NCBI RefSeq assembly: GCF_024521635.1
Contig: NW_026250405.1
Span: 992,001-1,056,000, forward strand
Direction of reading: 5' to 3'
Source of the DNA: Tricharina praecox
Lineage: Eukaryota
DNA: 64,000 nucleotides
The notes under the pieces are model-generated. The model was not told the origin of the DNA. It worked only from the letters and a program-made list of their open reading frames with translations, and searched no databases. Of this stretch, positions 11,770 to 23,799 are shown piece after piece (position 1 is the stretch's first letter; each line of letters begins with the position of its first letter). A program made the translations under genes and the position numbers.

Positions 11770-14249
11770 ATGCTCACCCCCGCCGTTGGCAAACCATCTG
11801 ACAGCCTTCCCGCCCGATTCCAGACCTGCTGACTGTCCTGCACCTCCAGGGCCCACCGGCGTCCATCTGCCGCAATTGCCTCAAGCTGCTTCTTCGCCGC
11901 CTCATCGCACACCCCCGAAGCACCGGCGCAAGCACTCAATTCGCCTCTAGTAGGCCTGCCTTTTCCCCGTCGTCGTTCCGTACAGTCTATACCTCCTCCG
12001 CCGCCGGGCGACTCTCCACCCCCGGGCGACTCTCCACCCCCGGGCGACTCTCCACCCCCGGGCGACTCTCCACCCCACCAACACCGATCCCGCGGGCTCG
12101 AAGACCAACCAACAATGCTGCACTGGCATTCCCCCCCACTGCCCGGCGGGTGCCGCCACCACCGGCAATACCCCCGGCGGAGGTACTCTCGCTGATAGAG
12201 ATGGCGGCGCAATCGTCCGATCTGCTGGATATCTACACGGCGCTGCAGCGGCTATTACCGCGGGAGCGGCGGGACGAGGCTGCTTGGGGGAATCTGGCGG
12301 TTTACCGGCCGCTGAGGAATTTGATATTAAGGCTGCTGGATGATATTGCCGGCGATCAGGGGAGGACGCCGGGGTTGCCGAAGCCACTGGAGTTGATCTC
12401 GCAACTGGATGCGCTGGGGATGGATGTGAGGAAACATTACCTCGTGTTGTTGTCACGGCAATTGGCGGCCGAGATGCCCGCAGAGGAAATACTGCCGGTG
12501 TTTGAGGCGGCGGTGAAGTCGCAGGTGTCGTTGAAGAAGCCGGAAGCATTTAAACTTTCAGACGTTGAGCAGTTATTCGGTGGAGCTGATGGGGAGAGAT
12601 TGTACTGCATGTACTTGTATCTACACCATCTAGAGGCATCCTCGCCGGTGTTGGAGGCCATCGACGCCCATAGTGCGCCCTACCACCAGCCGACCCGCGC
12701 GCAAGTCAAAACAGCGCTGCGGTTGATCCGTGGGCTTTCTCCACGGTTGGCGCAACAACTTTCCGAGCTTCTAATCACACTGAAACTGCGACACATGCTC
12801 AAAGAACATCAGGCTCGACTACGGCCTGTTCTGGACCGGTTCAAGGAAACCAACGACTTGCCCGGTCTGACGAGTCTCTACCGCTCTGTTCGAGCACTAC
12901 AGCCATCCCCAATGCACGAGGGGATCTATGCATACTTCATCAACGCATTCTTAAGTTTCTGGCGATCGCAAGATATGGCACTGCGGGTATGGGAAGATAT
13001 GATAATGGGCGGGATCACGCCCACCGCCAAAAGCTGGAACGCGCTCCTCCGATACGGCCACGGCCGCGACCGTACTGCCCTCCTAGCCATCTGGAAGCGA
13101 ATGGTTCTCACCGGAGTCGTCCCAGACGTGTACTGCTGGACAACGCGGATCCACCTCCAAATGCTCGCAGACGAGGTCCAAGACGGCCTTGAATCATTTG
13201 AGCAAATGATTGAAGCAGGCGTCAAACCCACCATCGAAACAATAAACGCGGCCATGGACGGTCTCCTCAGCTTCAATCGCTTCGACGAGATCGACCATGT
13301 CGTCTCCATGGCCGACCACCTCGGCGTCCCTGCAAACATCATAACTTATAATACGCTCCTCCGAGGTATGCTCCGCCGCCGCGGCGCCGCAACCGAAGTC
13401 ATCCCCCTCCTCGAATCCATGCATTCCCGCGGCATATCCCCAGATGTTTACACCTTTACCATCGCCCTCGATGGTTTGTACAAAGCCGCGCGAGTCGCCG
13501 CCTCCGCCTCTTGGCACCACTCGCAAAACGACGAGTCCCTCCCCAACCCGGACGCCCCCAGCTTCTCGTACATCCTCGAACTGTTCCGGTACATGGAGGG
13601 CCTAGGGATCGACGCCAACGTGACGACATACACGGCGCTCGTCGGCGGCCTCCTGGACACCGGCAACCTCGCGGCGGTGGATGTGGTGCGGCGCGTGATG
13701 GCGCGCAAGGGCGTCGTTGGCAACGCCGACTTCTACACGGTGCTGATCAAGTCTGCGTTTCAGCGCTGCGACATCGGCGCGGCGGACCGCTACGCTGACG
13801 AGATCACGCACCTGCGCGTGCGCCGCGACCACATATTCTGGATGGAGCTCATCTGGGGATACGCGCAGTTCGGCGAGACGGTCAAGATGGCGGCTGCAAT
13901 CGATGCTATGAAGAGGGAGCCGGTCCGCATGGTCATCACGCTCAAGGGTCACGTTACCATCCTGCGTGCGCTGGAGAGGAGAGGTGAGAGGATCGTTGCC
14001 AAGGGGATCATCGAGGACGTCGTTAAGGAGTGGGAGGCGCCGCCGAGACTCCCTGACGCCCCCGATGCGCCGAGTAAAGTCGAGATGGAGTTTTGGAGTG
14101 TCGTGGCGAAGATTGGAGGGACTGGGTGGATGGCGGCGTTGAGAGAGGAGGCGGGGCGCAGGGAGGCGAGGGATAGAGAGGAGATTGCGAGGGATCATTT
14201 GGCGAGGGTCGTGGATATTGTGGGGGTTAGGGAGGAGAGGAATGTATGA
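11770..14249 (+). CDS. Mitochondrial pentatricopeptide-repeat (PPR) protein
   Basis: Multiple ~35-aa PPR units (GITPTAKSWNALL, GVVPDVYCWTTRI, GVKPTIETINAAM, PANIITYNTLL, GISPDVYTFTIAL, DANVTTYTALV). The frame is open from 11850 with a presequence-like ASICRNCLKLLLRR. The proposed ATG at 11770 (CACCATG) and intron 11785-11849 are less certain than the gene itself. Confidence 0.88.
12004..12075 (+). repeat. 18-bp coding minisatellite x4 (CCGGGCGACTCTCCACCC), encoding (GRLSTP)4
   Basis: Four near-perfect units read directly, in frame with the PPR N-terminus. Confidence 0.92.
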
Positions 14250-14600
14250 TAGCTCATGGCTTTCGGGATTTTGGGGGTTTATGATGATGGGACGAATGTG
14301 TATTTGTAAATAGGTTAGGTATAGAGTTGGGATGGGTTAAGTGTAAGAGAGTAACAGAGGTCTCAATTCGGGGCACGAGCAGCAAGAATATCAAGAAGCA
14401 AGCAAGCAAGAAAACAGAATTCCATGCGCAATCACTCCAGCCGCTGAATCGCATCCCACCGAACCAACCAGTCGACCGACCAACGTGACAATCAACGCAT
14501 TATCGATTAAAGAAAAGAGGCATTATGCAGCGTGACAGAAGACACGAAACGAAAAAAGACAAATCTCCATCCCATCCCATCGCTCAACTGCTGCCGGCCA

Positions 14601-15670
14601 CTAATACACCTGCCCGCCGATCGGCTGTCCCTGTCCCTGCTGTCGTCTGCCACCCTCCGCGAGCACATGTCCTCCGGCGCGCAACTGCTTAAGATCCGCA
14701 AACCACGGGTGCCTCAGCGCATCCTTCGCGCTAATCCTCATCTCGGGTCTCAACTGCAGCATCCTGCTGAGCAGATCGAGGCCCAGCGGGTCGATCTGCG
14801 GCAGGATCATGCGCAGCTCCTGGGTCGCAAATACGTGGAAGGTATTCCTGTACTCGGGGTAGGCGCTGATGCCAGGCCAGGTGCGCTCGCTGGGCGTGCC
14901 CATGAGGCGGAAGATCTTCTGCAGCTGGTCCTCGTTTGTGGTGCCGGGGAACAGCGGGCGGCCCGTGTACATCTCGGCCATGATGCAGCCGGCGGACCAG
15001 ATGTCGATGCTGGTGTTGTAGGTGCGGGAGCCGAGGAGGACGTCGGGCGCGCGGTACCACAGCGTCACCACCTCGTTCGAGAAGGTGTTGACGGGGATGC
15101 CGAAGGCGCGCGCCAGCCCGAAGTCCGCGAGCTTCAGCTGGCCCTTGTTGTTGATCAGCAGGTTCTGCGGCTTCAGATCGCGGTGCAAAACCCGGTTCTC
15201 GTGGCAGAACGCGATTCCCTGCAGAAGCTGGTGCGTGAAGCTCTTGATCGTAGGGTAGTCGAGCGCGCCGCGCTCCCCCCGCTGGTCCATGTACTTCTTA
15301 AGGTCGCGGTCCATGTACTCAAACACAAGCATCAGCTTCGACTCCGTGTGGATCACGTCGTGCAGCGACACGATGTTGTCGTGCTTCAGCTCCTTCATCA
15401 GGCTGATCTCGCGGATCGCGGTCGACGGCGTGCCCTCTTCGCTGTCCAGGTGGATCTCTTTGAGCGCGACCAGGTCGCCCGTTTGCCGGTTGCGGCCTTT
15501 GAACACCTGTGCGCGCGTGGCGTCAGCTACGACCCCTCACCACCCCTCACCGCCACCACCACCGCCGCCACCGAGGTTTCGATTCGTGATGGAAAGCGTA
15601 CCGTCGCATACGTGCCCTCTCCCAACTTCTCCAGCTGCTGGAAGCTGCTGGGGTGCCGCTTGTTGTCCAT
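14601..15670 (-). CDS. PHO85: Cyclin-dependent kinase Pho85/PhoA
   Basis: [23 protein letters not shown], intron 15507-15601, then [10 protein letters not shown]...[54 protein letters not shown]. Confidence 0.97.
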
Positions 15671-16740
15671 CTCGACGGGGCGTGTGAATGCCGGCTTCTT
15701 TTCGGTTGTCGTCGAGGGATCCCACAGTAACGATGCGACCGTGGCGAAAGGGGGTGCGGCGGTGGTGTCGGTGGTCGTGGATGTGGATGTGGATGTGGAG
15801 GTGGAGGTTGTCGTGGTGAGGGTCGTCGTTGCAACTTGCGGGTCGTGGTGGGGAGCAATCGTGGTAGCGTGTATGTTAGTCACTTAGTGGCGGTCGCCGG
15901 TCCCGTGGCGAACCGACTATTTTTAGCGAACAGCGTGGTACGGTAGGATGAAGGCGGTTCTCTCGTCACAGGTTCGTTTCGAATGGGAGCGGTGGGTAGG
16001 TAGATGAGAATGGGAAGTGCAATCAATGATGGGACTCGGAAGGCCAACTCAATGGCACTCTTGTTAAGATCGATATCGAGGATGAACGGGCGGAGGAGGA
16101 GGATGGCGAGGAGCTGGAGGAGGAGCAGGAGCGGGCGACAATGACGGAAACATCACAGAAGCCCGAAGAACATTAGGCGATAACAACCCGCATCACAGCA
16201 TCACACAGCATTAGATCTTGACACTCATTCACCGATTCCAACTCTGGGTACTTCCAGGTCTACGTATTCTGGTATTTCGAGAAGCCCGTTCATGCCTTAG
16301 CGCCGCAAGAAAATTCGTCACAAAAAAACAGCAGCATGATAGAATACCTCAATTTCAAACCCGGTACGTAACAGAACCTCCCGAGCGGGATGTAACATTG
16401 GGAACGAAACAACCACCACTTCTTAACCCCCGCTAGGATTAGGCTGAAGGATGAAAAATAAAAGGATGAAAAATAAAAGGATGGAAGAAAGAAGAGAAGA
16501 AGAAGATTCATCAGTCAATCATGGTCATAAATCCGGCCTCATTGGAAAGAAGAAAATGAAAAACAGCTTTCCACGCGCACCGCAAGCTCCCGAATCCGTC
16601 TATGCTTTTGAAAGGAGAAAAAAAGGGAAAAAGAGAGGAAAAAATGGTAAAGAGAACAAAACAAAAGATTTCCCAGCAATCAGCCAGCCCGAAAGGAAGA
16701 AGAAGGAACAGAACAGCCAACAACTTCAAACCCTCCATTG

Positions 16741-17526
16741 CTACAGCGCACTCTTCTTCGGAAAGCCCACGCCCTTGACCGCATCCTCGTCGCAGAACCA
16801 ACTGACCTTCTCCCCACCGTTCATGTTAACCAGCGCACACGGCAGCACCTCGCCGCCCTCAAGCTCAGGATGCGTATCAAAGATCCTCTTGAGCACCTCC
16901 TGCTTTCCGGCGCCGGTCGTCACGAACGCAATCTTGAGCGCGTGGGTAACCACGGGGAGGGTGAGGGTGATCCTCTTCGCAGGAGGCTTAGGACTATCCT
17001 CGATGGGGGCGACCCAGGCGACATCCTCGCGCAGCAGCTCATGACCGGGGAACAGCGAGCAGGTGTGTCCGTCCGGGCCGCAGCCAAGCAGCATCAGGTC
17101 GAAGATCGGGAGCTTCACCGTGTCCCGCGCCGCAAAGTGCTTGACGAGCGCCTGCTCGTACACGTCGGCAAGCTCTTGCGGGTCGTCGAGGAGAGACTCG
17201 TCGATGGTCACCACGGTCGGCGCGACGTCGCCCGGGATCTTCGACAGGAACTCTTTCTTGAGCAGGGCGTAGTTGGAGTCCTCGTGGTCGAGGGGCACTG
17301 CGCGCTCGTCCGCGAAGAAGATCTCCCAGGCGCCCCATTTGCAGTCGGGGGAGTTGAGGAGCTCGCTGGATGAGAGCATCGCGGGGAGAGAGCCGCCGGA
17401 AACGGCGACGCGGAACGTTGAGTGGCGCTTCAGCGCGGCGTTTTGCGCTTTGATGATGTAGCTGGCCAGGCTGGACTGCAGTGCAGCTTTGGAGGCGAAG
17501 GCGTATAGTGAGGGTTGCTTCGTCAT
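16741..17526 (-). CDS. 6-phosphogluconolactonase (SOL family), 261 aa, intronless
   Basis: Motifs VAVSGGSLP, IFFADERAVPLDHEDSNY, LLGCGPDGHTCSLFPGH and DSPKPPAKRITLTLP. Start at MTKQPSLYAF. Confidence 0.96.
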   Translation of the reverse strand: MTKQPSLYAFASKAALQSSLASYIIKAQNAALKRHSTFRVAVSGGSLPAMLSSSELLNSPDCKWGAWEIFFADERAVPLDHEDSNYALLKKEFLSKIPGDVAPTVVTIDESLLDDPQELADVYEQALVKHFAARDTVKLPIFDLMLLGCGPDGHTCSLFPGHELLREDVAWVAPIEDSPKPPAKRITLTLPVVTHALKIAFVTTGAGKQEVLKRIFDTHPELEGGEVLPCALVNMNGGEKVSWFCDEDAVKGVGFPKKSAL

Positions 17527-18566
17527 GGTTGCAGTAGGTTCAGAATCGTGATTGTGCTTGTGATTGTGATGGCAAGTCGTGGAGCTTTGATGTGTTTGTG
17601 TAGGTGTGTAGGATGTGCAGCGTATATACGGGTGGGGTTCGGTCAAGAGACGAGAGGATAACGGGGAGGAAGACAAGACAAAGGTCGTGTCGTGTGTAAT
17701 GATAAGGAAAATGAGATGGGGCCTAAAGATGAGGGGTCCAGGTTTACACACACCATACTGTCGGGGGTGGGAGGCTGGCTGGCTAACTTTGCTTATTTAG
17801 ACCGAATGTGACGTAGAAGAAGAGGGGCAGCAGAACGTATTAGTGACTGTACCGACCCTGCAGCTCCAGTTTCTGCAGGCATCTGTCTGTCTGTCTGCTC
17901 ACTCCGACTCCACAGCATGGAAAGTCATCTGCCATAAATACCGTATCTAGAACTCTCGAGAACGAATGGAAAAAAGAAAAGAGGGAAAAGAAAAAAGAAA
18001 AAAATAGGTTGTGTCTCGGCACGAACCGAGGAAAGGCAGGTCCATCACCCGCCGTTTTCTTCCGCCGCGTTTCTCCCGCCGCCTTGGTCGAAGGCGAAGA
18101 TCGCTGATCACCCTTGACTCAAAGCCGACGAGGGAGAGGAGGAAAAAGAAGCTGCAGTTGTATGATACCTAGCTGAGAGCTAACTACCGGCAGTGTCGAT
18201 TGCGATGTGATGATGTAAGGTGATGTGTGACGTGATTGACGGTCAAGGCGGAGGCGGCGGCAACAGGGAGTGCTGTCACCGCAAGTCCGCAGCACGAGTG
18301 CAAGGCTGTGAAGACCACGATCCGATCACGTTGGAAGCATACGATAGGTATATGGTAATTGGACAAGTTGCCTGTTACTTACTGACCAAGAACCAAGGAA
18401 CAACGGAAGACAAAACCAAAGGAAAATAATCATGGTTGCGCCGCCAAAACGAAAGAAAACAGACTCCCCCCCCCATTCCCACCTGGTATGTAGAGTAGAT
18501 ACAAAAGCCACACGTATCATACACACCTATCCCATCCCGCGTCGCGATCTATGTCTACGGTATAAT

Positions 18567-20031
18567 CTACTTGTCCTTCTTGTCCAGCTTCACGAACTCG
18601 CTGGCCGCGGCTGCGCCCTTGCCAACGAAGCGCACCTGCACCCTCCACATCCCCGCCACATCCGCAACACTGGCACGAACCCTGTCCTCAACCTCCGCCA
18701 GCTCCCCGATTGTCCGGCCTTGGTCGACCGCCACCGTTATCGTCAATAGGTAATTCTGCCCGCTCTTGATGCCGTCGACCGTCACCAGCTCTTCCCCCGT
18801 CTCACCGACCTTCTTCGCAACCTCATCCTTGACCTCGCGCTCGACACCCGCATCCGCCAGCTCCTCCAGCGCAGCCCGGGTATTCCCCGCGCCAGCCTGC
18901 ACCACCATCGCCGCAACGAGCAGACCGCCGACCGGATCCATCCACGACGCACTCGGAAACACGTTCGAGCCCGCGATCGCGACCAGGGCCACGATGGCGG
19001 TGAGGGAGTCGACGCGGTGATGCACGGCGTTCGACGCCAGCACCGAGGACTTCTTCATCTTTGCGATCTTCATCGTCTTTCGGTAGAGCCATTCCTTAGC
19101 ACCGATCGAAGCCAGCGCCAGCCAGGCGGCGTTGATGGACGGGATCTCGTGGGAGTGCTCGTGCGCGTGTACGTGCGGGAGGTAGTGTGCGAGCGCGGGC
19201 GCGAAGTCGCCGAGGAGGTGAAGTAGAGAGCTGTAGCCTGCGAGCGAGCGCTTGTTCAGCATCGCGTTCGCGCGCTGCACGGGGAGGGGGGGAACTTACC
19301 CATCGCCATGCCGCCGAGGAGTAACAGGGAGGACACGCCCAGCGAGCCCAGGGATTCAATCTTGCCGTAGCCGTTGGGGAAGCGGTCCGTGGGCGCCTTG
19401 AGCGCGAAGGAAACCGTCGCCAGCGTCATGATGTCCGAAACCATGTCCGTCAACGCATGGAACGCATCCGCAATCTTCACCGACGTCAGCGACGACCACT
19501 TGGAGACGCGCGGGAAACGGGTACGGAACAAACCAGAGCTTGGGAATTGAATATCCATCCGCCGAACCCCTTGGTGATGACCATGCCCAGGTTCACGAAG
19601 AGCCCCACGCGCGTTATCCTGACGCCGGGATCGGTCTTGTCCTTGCTGGTGAGGAAGGGATCGGCGCCATGGTGGTGGTGGTGGTGGCCGAAGAGGCTGT
19701 GGCTATGGCTGTGGTCGTGGTCTTTCTCGTCGTGATCATGTCGGTGACTCGAGTGGTCCCGAGCTTGCTGTGAGGTCGCCAGCTTGAAGGATGTGGGTGG
19801 GGGGCACCGGGGAGGATGATGCGTCGGAGCTGTCAAAGTGTAGCACGAAGCTGGGAACGAACGACGACGTGTCCGGTGATACGGTGCGAAGGAGGTAAAT
19901 ACTCGCGGACGACGAGTGAGTTGCTGGGTGAGTGCGATAGGTATTCGACGCAGGAGACGCTGAGGTGTACTTGTAGTGGAGAGGGTACGAAACGTCAAGA
20001 ACGAAGATGAAAGAGTCAGGGAGTGGTGCAT
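18567..20031 (-). CDS. Mitochondrial cation diffusion facilitator (MMT1/MMT2-like metal transporter), 3 exons
   Basis: Arg-rich presequence, His-rich tract HSHSHSLFGHHHHHH, DPGVRITRVGLFVN, SQALIADAFHALTD, FPNGYGKIESLG and SNAVHHRVDSL. Introns 19475-19533 and 19238-19299. Confidence 0.94.
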
Positions 20032-22237
20032 ATGATATGTAAAAGGGATATTCTAACAGGTAGGGTAGTCGTCCCAACTATACACTCCTTCTCCGGGGAA
20101 CGGAAGGGGTGTCGTGTGCGTGGGTGTGTGTTGCTGTGGCTGAAGCTCGAGCTGCTGCGGGAAGGCTTTCGCTTGCTGCAACTGGGGTCTAGTCGATGGG
20201 GGGCGGGGGATATCGTGGCTGGTGGGGCTGACGGGCTGTGTATCCGAAATAGCGAAGAATGAGAAGAGATGTGTCCAATTCCAACACCAATTCCGGGTCT
20301 GGTGGGGTGGGTGTGCGTGTGTGTGGGTGGGCGGTATCTATTACGCTCCTGCAGGGGCACACTGTGCGATAGTGATTTGTCGATAACTATGGAGAAACAG
20401 CGGTTGAGTATGATGTTGCTATGTACCGGTGAACTTTTTGGTCGCGCTGTGAAGGTTCTGTCCTGAAGAGACGAGATGGCGATGGTTCCTGCTTTGCCGG
20501 CCGGGCCTGGCCGGTCAGGGCGAGGATTCCCTGCCCACACGCACGCACACACATACCGCTAACCCGACCGTTCGCGATGACGAAATCCGATCGGTTTTTT
20601 TCTTCTTCCCCTTCTTCTTTTCTTCCATGCCATCGGCGCTGCCGGCCATGAATGTACGCGTCAACTGCTTCCCTTACTTCGGCAACCTCCATGGCTCCGA
20701 CCCGAGAGTGGAGAAGGAGTAGGAGGAGTAGGAGTAGGAGGACGAGGAGGAGGACGACGAAGACGCGTACGTACGCACGTTCCGGATATGAGGCTGCATC
20801 TGTGTACGTGAAACAGACAGCGGCGGGGACCCGAGGACCCGGCGGAAGAGTAGGAAGCTTTTTTTTCCCGTCGGACGAGACGGAAACAGTTCCTCAGCCG
20901 GCGTCACGGGCTGCTGGGGATTTCTGCAGCTTGCGGCCCCGTCCACCTACCTACTCTATTCGACCTATAGAGTGGTATAGCTGCTCGCCGCAGATTGTAC
21001 CGTGCAAAGTCCAACCTCGGGGAAGGTGCGACATCTGGATGCAGCCTGGTTGTACGCGTACGCGGGGTACGAGTAGAGTTACATTAAGCATGTATGATAT
21101 CTACAGGCCTGTTGATGGCGACGCCTCCCCTGTAGAGTAACGAGGTCGTAGGGGACAACATCCATCACAAGTTTGCGAAGTTCGAATCACTATACGAAGT
21201 AGTGCTTTTTCTTCATCTCAAGTACAAATTCCTCAGAATAAATTCCGTATGACGCCGCCGCCGATTTCTAGCCCTTCCTGACGACCAATAAAGGAAGTTC
21301 ATGGCCAGATGCCCAGCTTCTGTGCTTTCCGTAGAATCTCTCTCCGCAAGACGCGAAAACCCCCTCCTCGATTGAGCGATGGTGAGGTCGTATAGTAGTG
21401 TTAATCAAATCTGCGTGGACTGTAAAGAGAAAAGGAAAAAGAAGAGAAAGAAGAGAGGAAGCGAGGGGAGGTAATATGGCTGTGCGGCTAAAAAAATACA
21501 CTTGCTGGTGCGGCATAGGGCTCGGGGTTGAGCTAGGCTAGCGGAGAACAGGCTTTGCACCAAGAAACACTCGATGCTTCCGGTCTGGTTTGCATCTAGA
21601 GTGTCGTACATCATCTGGAAGCGGGTAAAACCAGGTGTACTCTGGACAACAGCCACCGTGGTCCGTCATATAGCCGATGTTGAATGCGAATAAACGCATA
21701 GATAGGTGGCATGGGAAGAAACGAAGGACTGAAGAACATCATAGGTTGACGATATTTGCCAGCAAAACTTGCCGGAAAACCTTTCTCCCCGCCGAGGAAT
21801 GTGATGTACACGAGTATCCTCCATCCTACCAGAAGATACGCAGCTCGATCGGCGAGATGTCCCTCGCTTCCTGCCGGTGGGTGAAGCTCCCCAAGTCATC
21901 ATGTGACCAACAAAACACGAGTGACCTCATGTGCAGCGCTCTTCACGATACCTACAGGATACAGCAAGAAGTCACCAGATTATAGAATAGAGATTAATTC
22001 AATGAAGCAAACTTTTATAAACATAGAAAGCAACACAACCATTGCCATTAACCTCACCATACGCCCCATCAAATTAACGGCTTAATCACCGACTCCAATC
22101 CATCCCATTACTCCTCATTTCGATGCAACCATACCCATCGAATCCACCATGCGACCCATTAAATTAACGGCCGTTAAATTATCGCCGACTCCAATCCGCC
22201 CCAAAACTCCTCATCTCAATCCAAACATGCCGAGAGA

Positions 22238-22843
22238 TCAACTCCGCCAACTGGCTCCAACTTCAACTTTCGAGACCCTTAACATCTCGATCTTATTTTC
22301 TCGAGTGAGCGACTCGAACTGATAGTTGTAGCAACCGGTGCTAACAAAGCTGCGCGCAGAATAGTACGTGCTGCTGGAATCGAGCGAGGATTTGCGGAGG
22401 CCATTTTTTGACGTGCTATTGGAATCGAGCGAGCTCTTTCTGATTCCGGTTTCCGACTTGTCTTCGTCTTCGTTATCGTTGTCATCGTCGTCGTCGTAAA
22501 AGACCGGCTCAGCGAGGAGGTCGTAGGTAGTGTAGGGGTCCTCATCCTCATCGACCGGGTGATGCTGTGTGATCCTGTCGTCGTCGTCGATAGGAGAAAA
22601 CCTGATGATAGCTGGGGACGAGGCGACTGCAGAGGGGAAGCGCGACTTCTTGCTCTTGCTCTTGCTCTTGCGGTTGCGGTTGCGGTTGCGGTACGGCTTG
22701 AGGCGGAGGACTTTGTGTGCGAGAGCGGCGAGCTTGTGGAAAGCGGTAGAGATGGTACTGCTGCGCCCGACGGGAGAGGCGGGAGAGGCGGGAGAGTCAG
22801 GAGAACCGGCCTTGTGCAGGTACAAAAGCGTCGAGATAGTCAT
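22238..22843 (-). CDS. Hypothetical orphan protein (~200 aa, basic and acidic low-complexity tracts)
   Basis: Single open frame from MTISTLLYLH, with an internal duplication RKSSLDS(N/S)ST and protein-like composition. No family recognised. Confidence 0.45.
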   Translation of the reverse strand: MTISTLLYLHKAGSPDSPASPASPVGRSSTISTAFHKLAALAHKVLRLKPYRNRNRNRKSKSKSKKSRFPSAVASSPAIIRFSPIDDDDRITQHHPVDEDEDPYTTYDLLAEPVFYDDDDDNDNEDEDKSETGIRKSSLDSNSTSKNGLRKSSLDSSSTYYSARSFVSTGCYNYQFESLTRENKIEMLRVSKVEVGASWRS

Positions 22844-23799
22844 GTCGATTATGTCGATATTCGTCAACGAGAGGAATATTCGGAAATAGCTGTAGCTGGA
22901 AGCTGATATTGTGCAGGATATTGTTCGTATGAGGGGAGAGGTTGTGGATATAGATGTAAAGGAAGAGAAGATAAAGTTTAATATTGTCCCAAAGTTATAG
23001 GTGGTGGGTGGGCTGGGCCTGAAGGTTAATAGACAGGGTCGGCGGTGAGTCTCGATGGTATGCTATGGTCCTGGGTGGTGAGTTCGAACAACACGCGATG
23101 GTCTGGTGGCGTCAGCGAAGGTTTGGCTGCGTGAGAGTTTGAGGTTGTTATTGAGACCGCGGGGAGCGAGTGACTTTTTGGTGACTAGCGCGCACTAGGT
23201 ACTTGAGATTGACTGGTGTCGGCGAAATATTAGGGCTTAGGGTGAGGTTATTTACGTATTCGCTGAGCGTAGGTTTACCAGATCGCAAGGGACTGAATTG
23301 GTGCAGTGTCCCCCGCACACAATTATCCTTGCCGAAATGCTGCGTTGCGCCGCTGGCACCGAGTGATGAAGATGTGATTGCGGGGGGTCAAAGTGTAAGG
23401 GGGGGGTAAGAATCGAACGGGCGATGGTGCGCTGAGCAGTACTGCACTACGTACAATCAAAGATCACTATGCTAGTCCATTAAAAACTACTTTTCTACAT
23501 GGGTAAATAGTAGAAAACTGGCGGTGAGCCCCGCTTCCAATAGATATCGTGTGCACAGTGGCCTTTGCGGGAGTCTGTATGATCGTCTACGAAGAAGAAA
23601 GAAAGAAAGAAAAGAAGGGGACTGGCCGCCTTTAAGCCATTTATTGACAAGTAAACGAGCATTTCTAGGCTTCGGTCTTCGCGCATCTGCAGGACACATA
23701 CCAAGAGCTAGAAATGTGATCGTTCACTAGCTTGGTCATGTTCGTTTCCGTTTCGCAGTATGGGGTCCTCGGCTTTTTTCCTTCACTCGTGCTGTCTAG

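Noticed and set aside
14532..15887. 451-aa plus-strand ORF
   Set aside because: Antisense shadow of the GC3-rich PHO85 gene. The same applies to the antisense ORFs over ValRS, SOL, MMT, RRM and GH51.
17527..17751. In-frame N-terminal extension of 6-phosphogluconolactonase in the ORF track
   Set aside because: It starts at GTG, has no ATG, and looks like 5' UTR. The family-like sequence begins at MTKQP.
20652..21140. Protamine-like Arg/Ser-rich ORF
   Set aside because: The Arg run comes from a purine-rich (GGAGTA/GGA)n tract upstream of the MMT gene. There is no other coding signal.
21405..21902. Minus-strand frames interrupted by single stops (possible pseudogene)
   Set aside because: No recognisable family motif in any frame; it cannot be supported without a search.
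23401..23460. GAATCGAAC (reverse T-loop GTTCGATTC) suggesting a tRNA
   Set aside because: The flanks do not form a T-stem or acceptor stem, and there is no D-loop motif.
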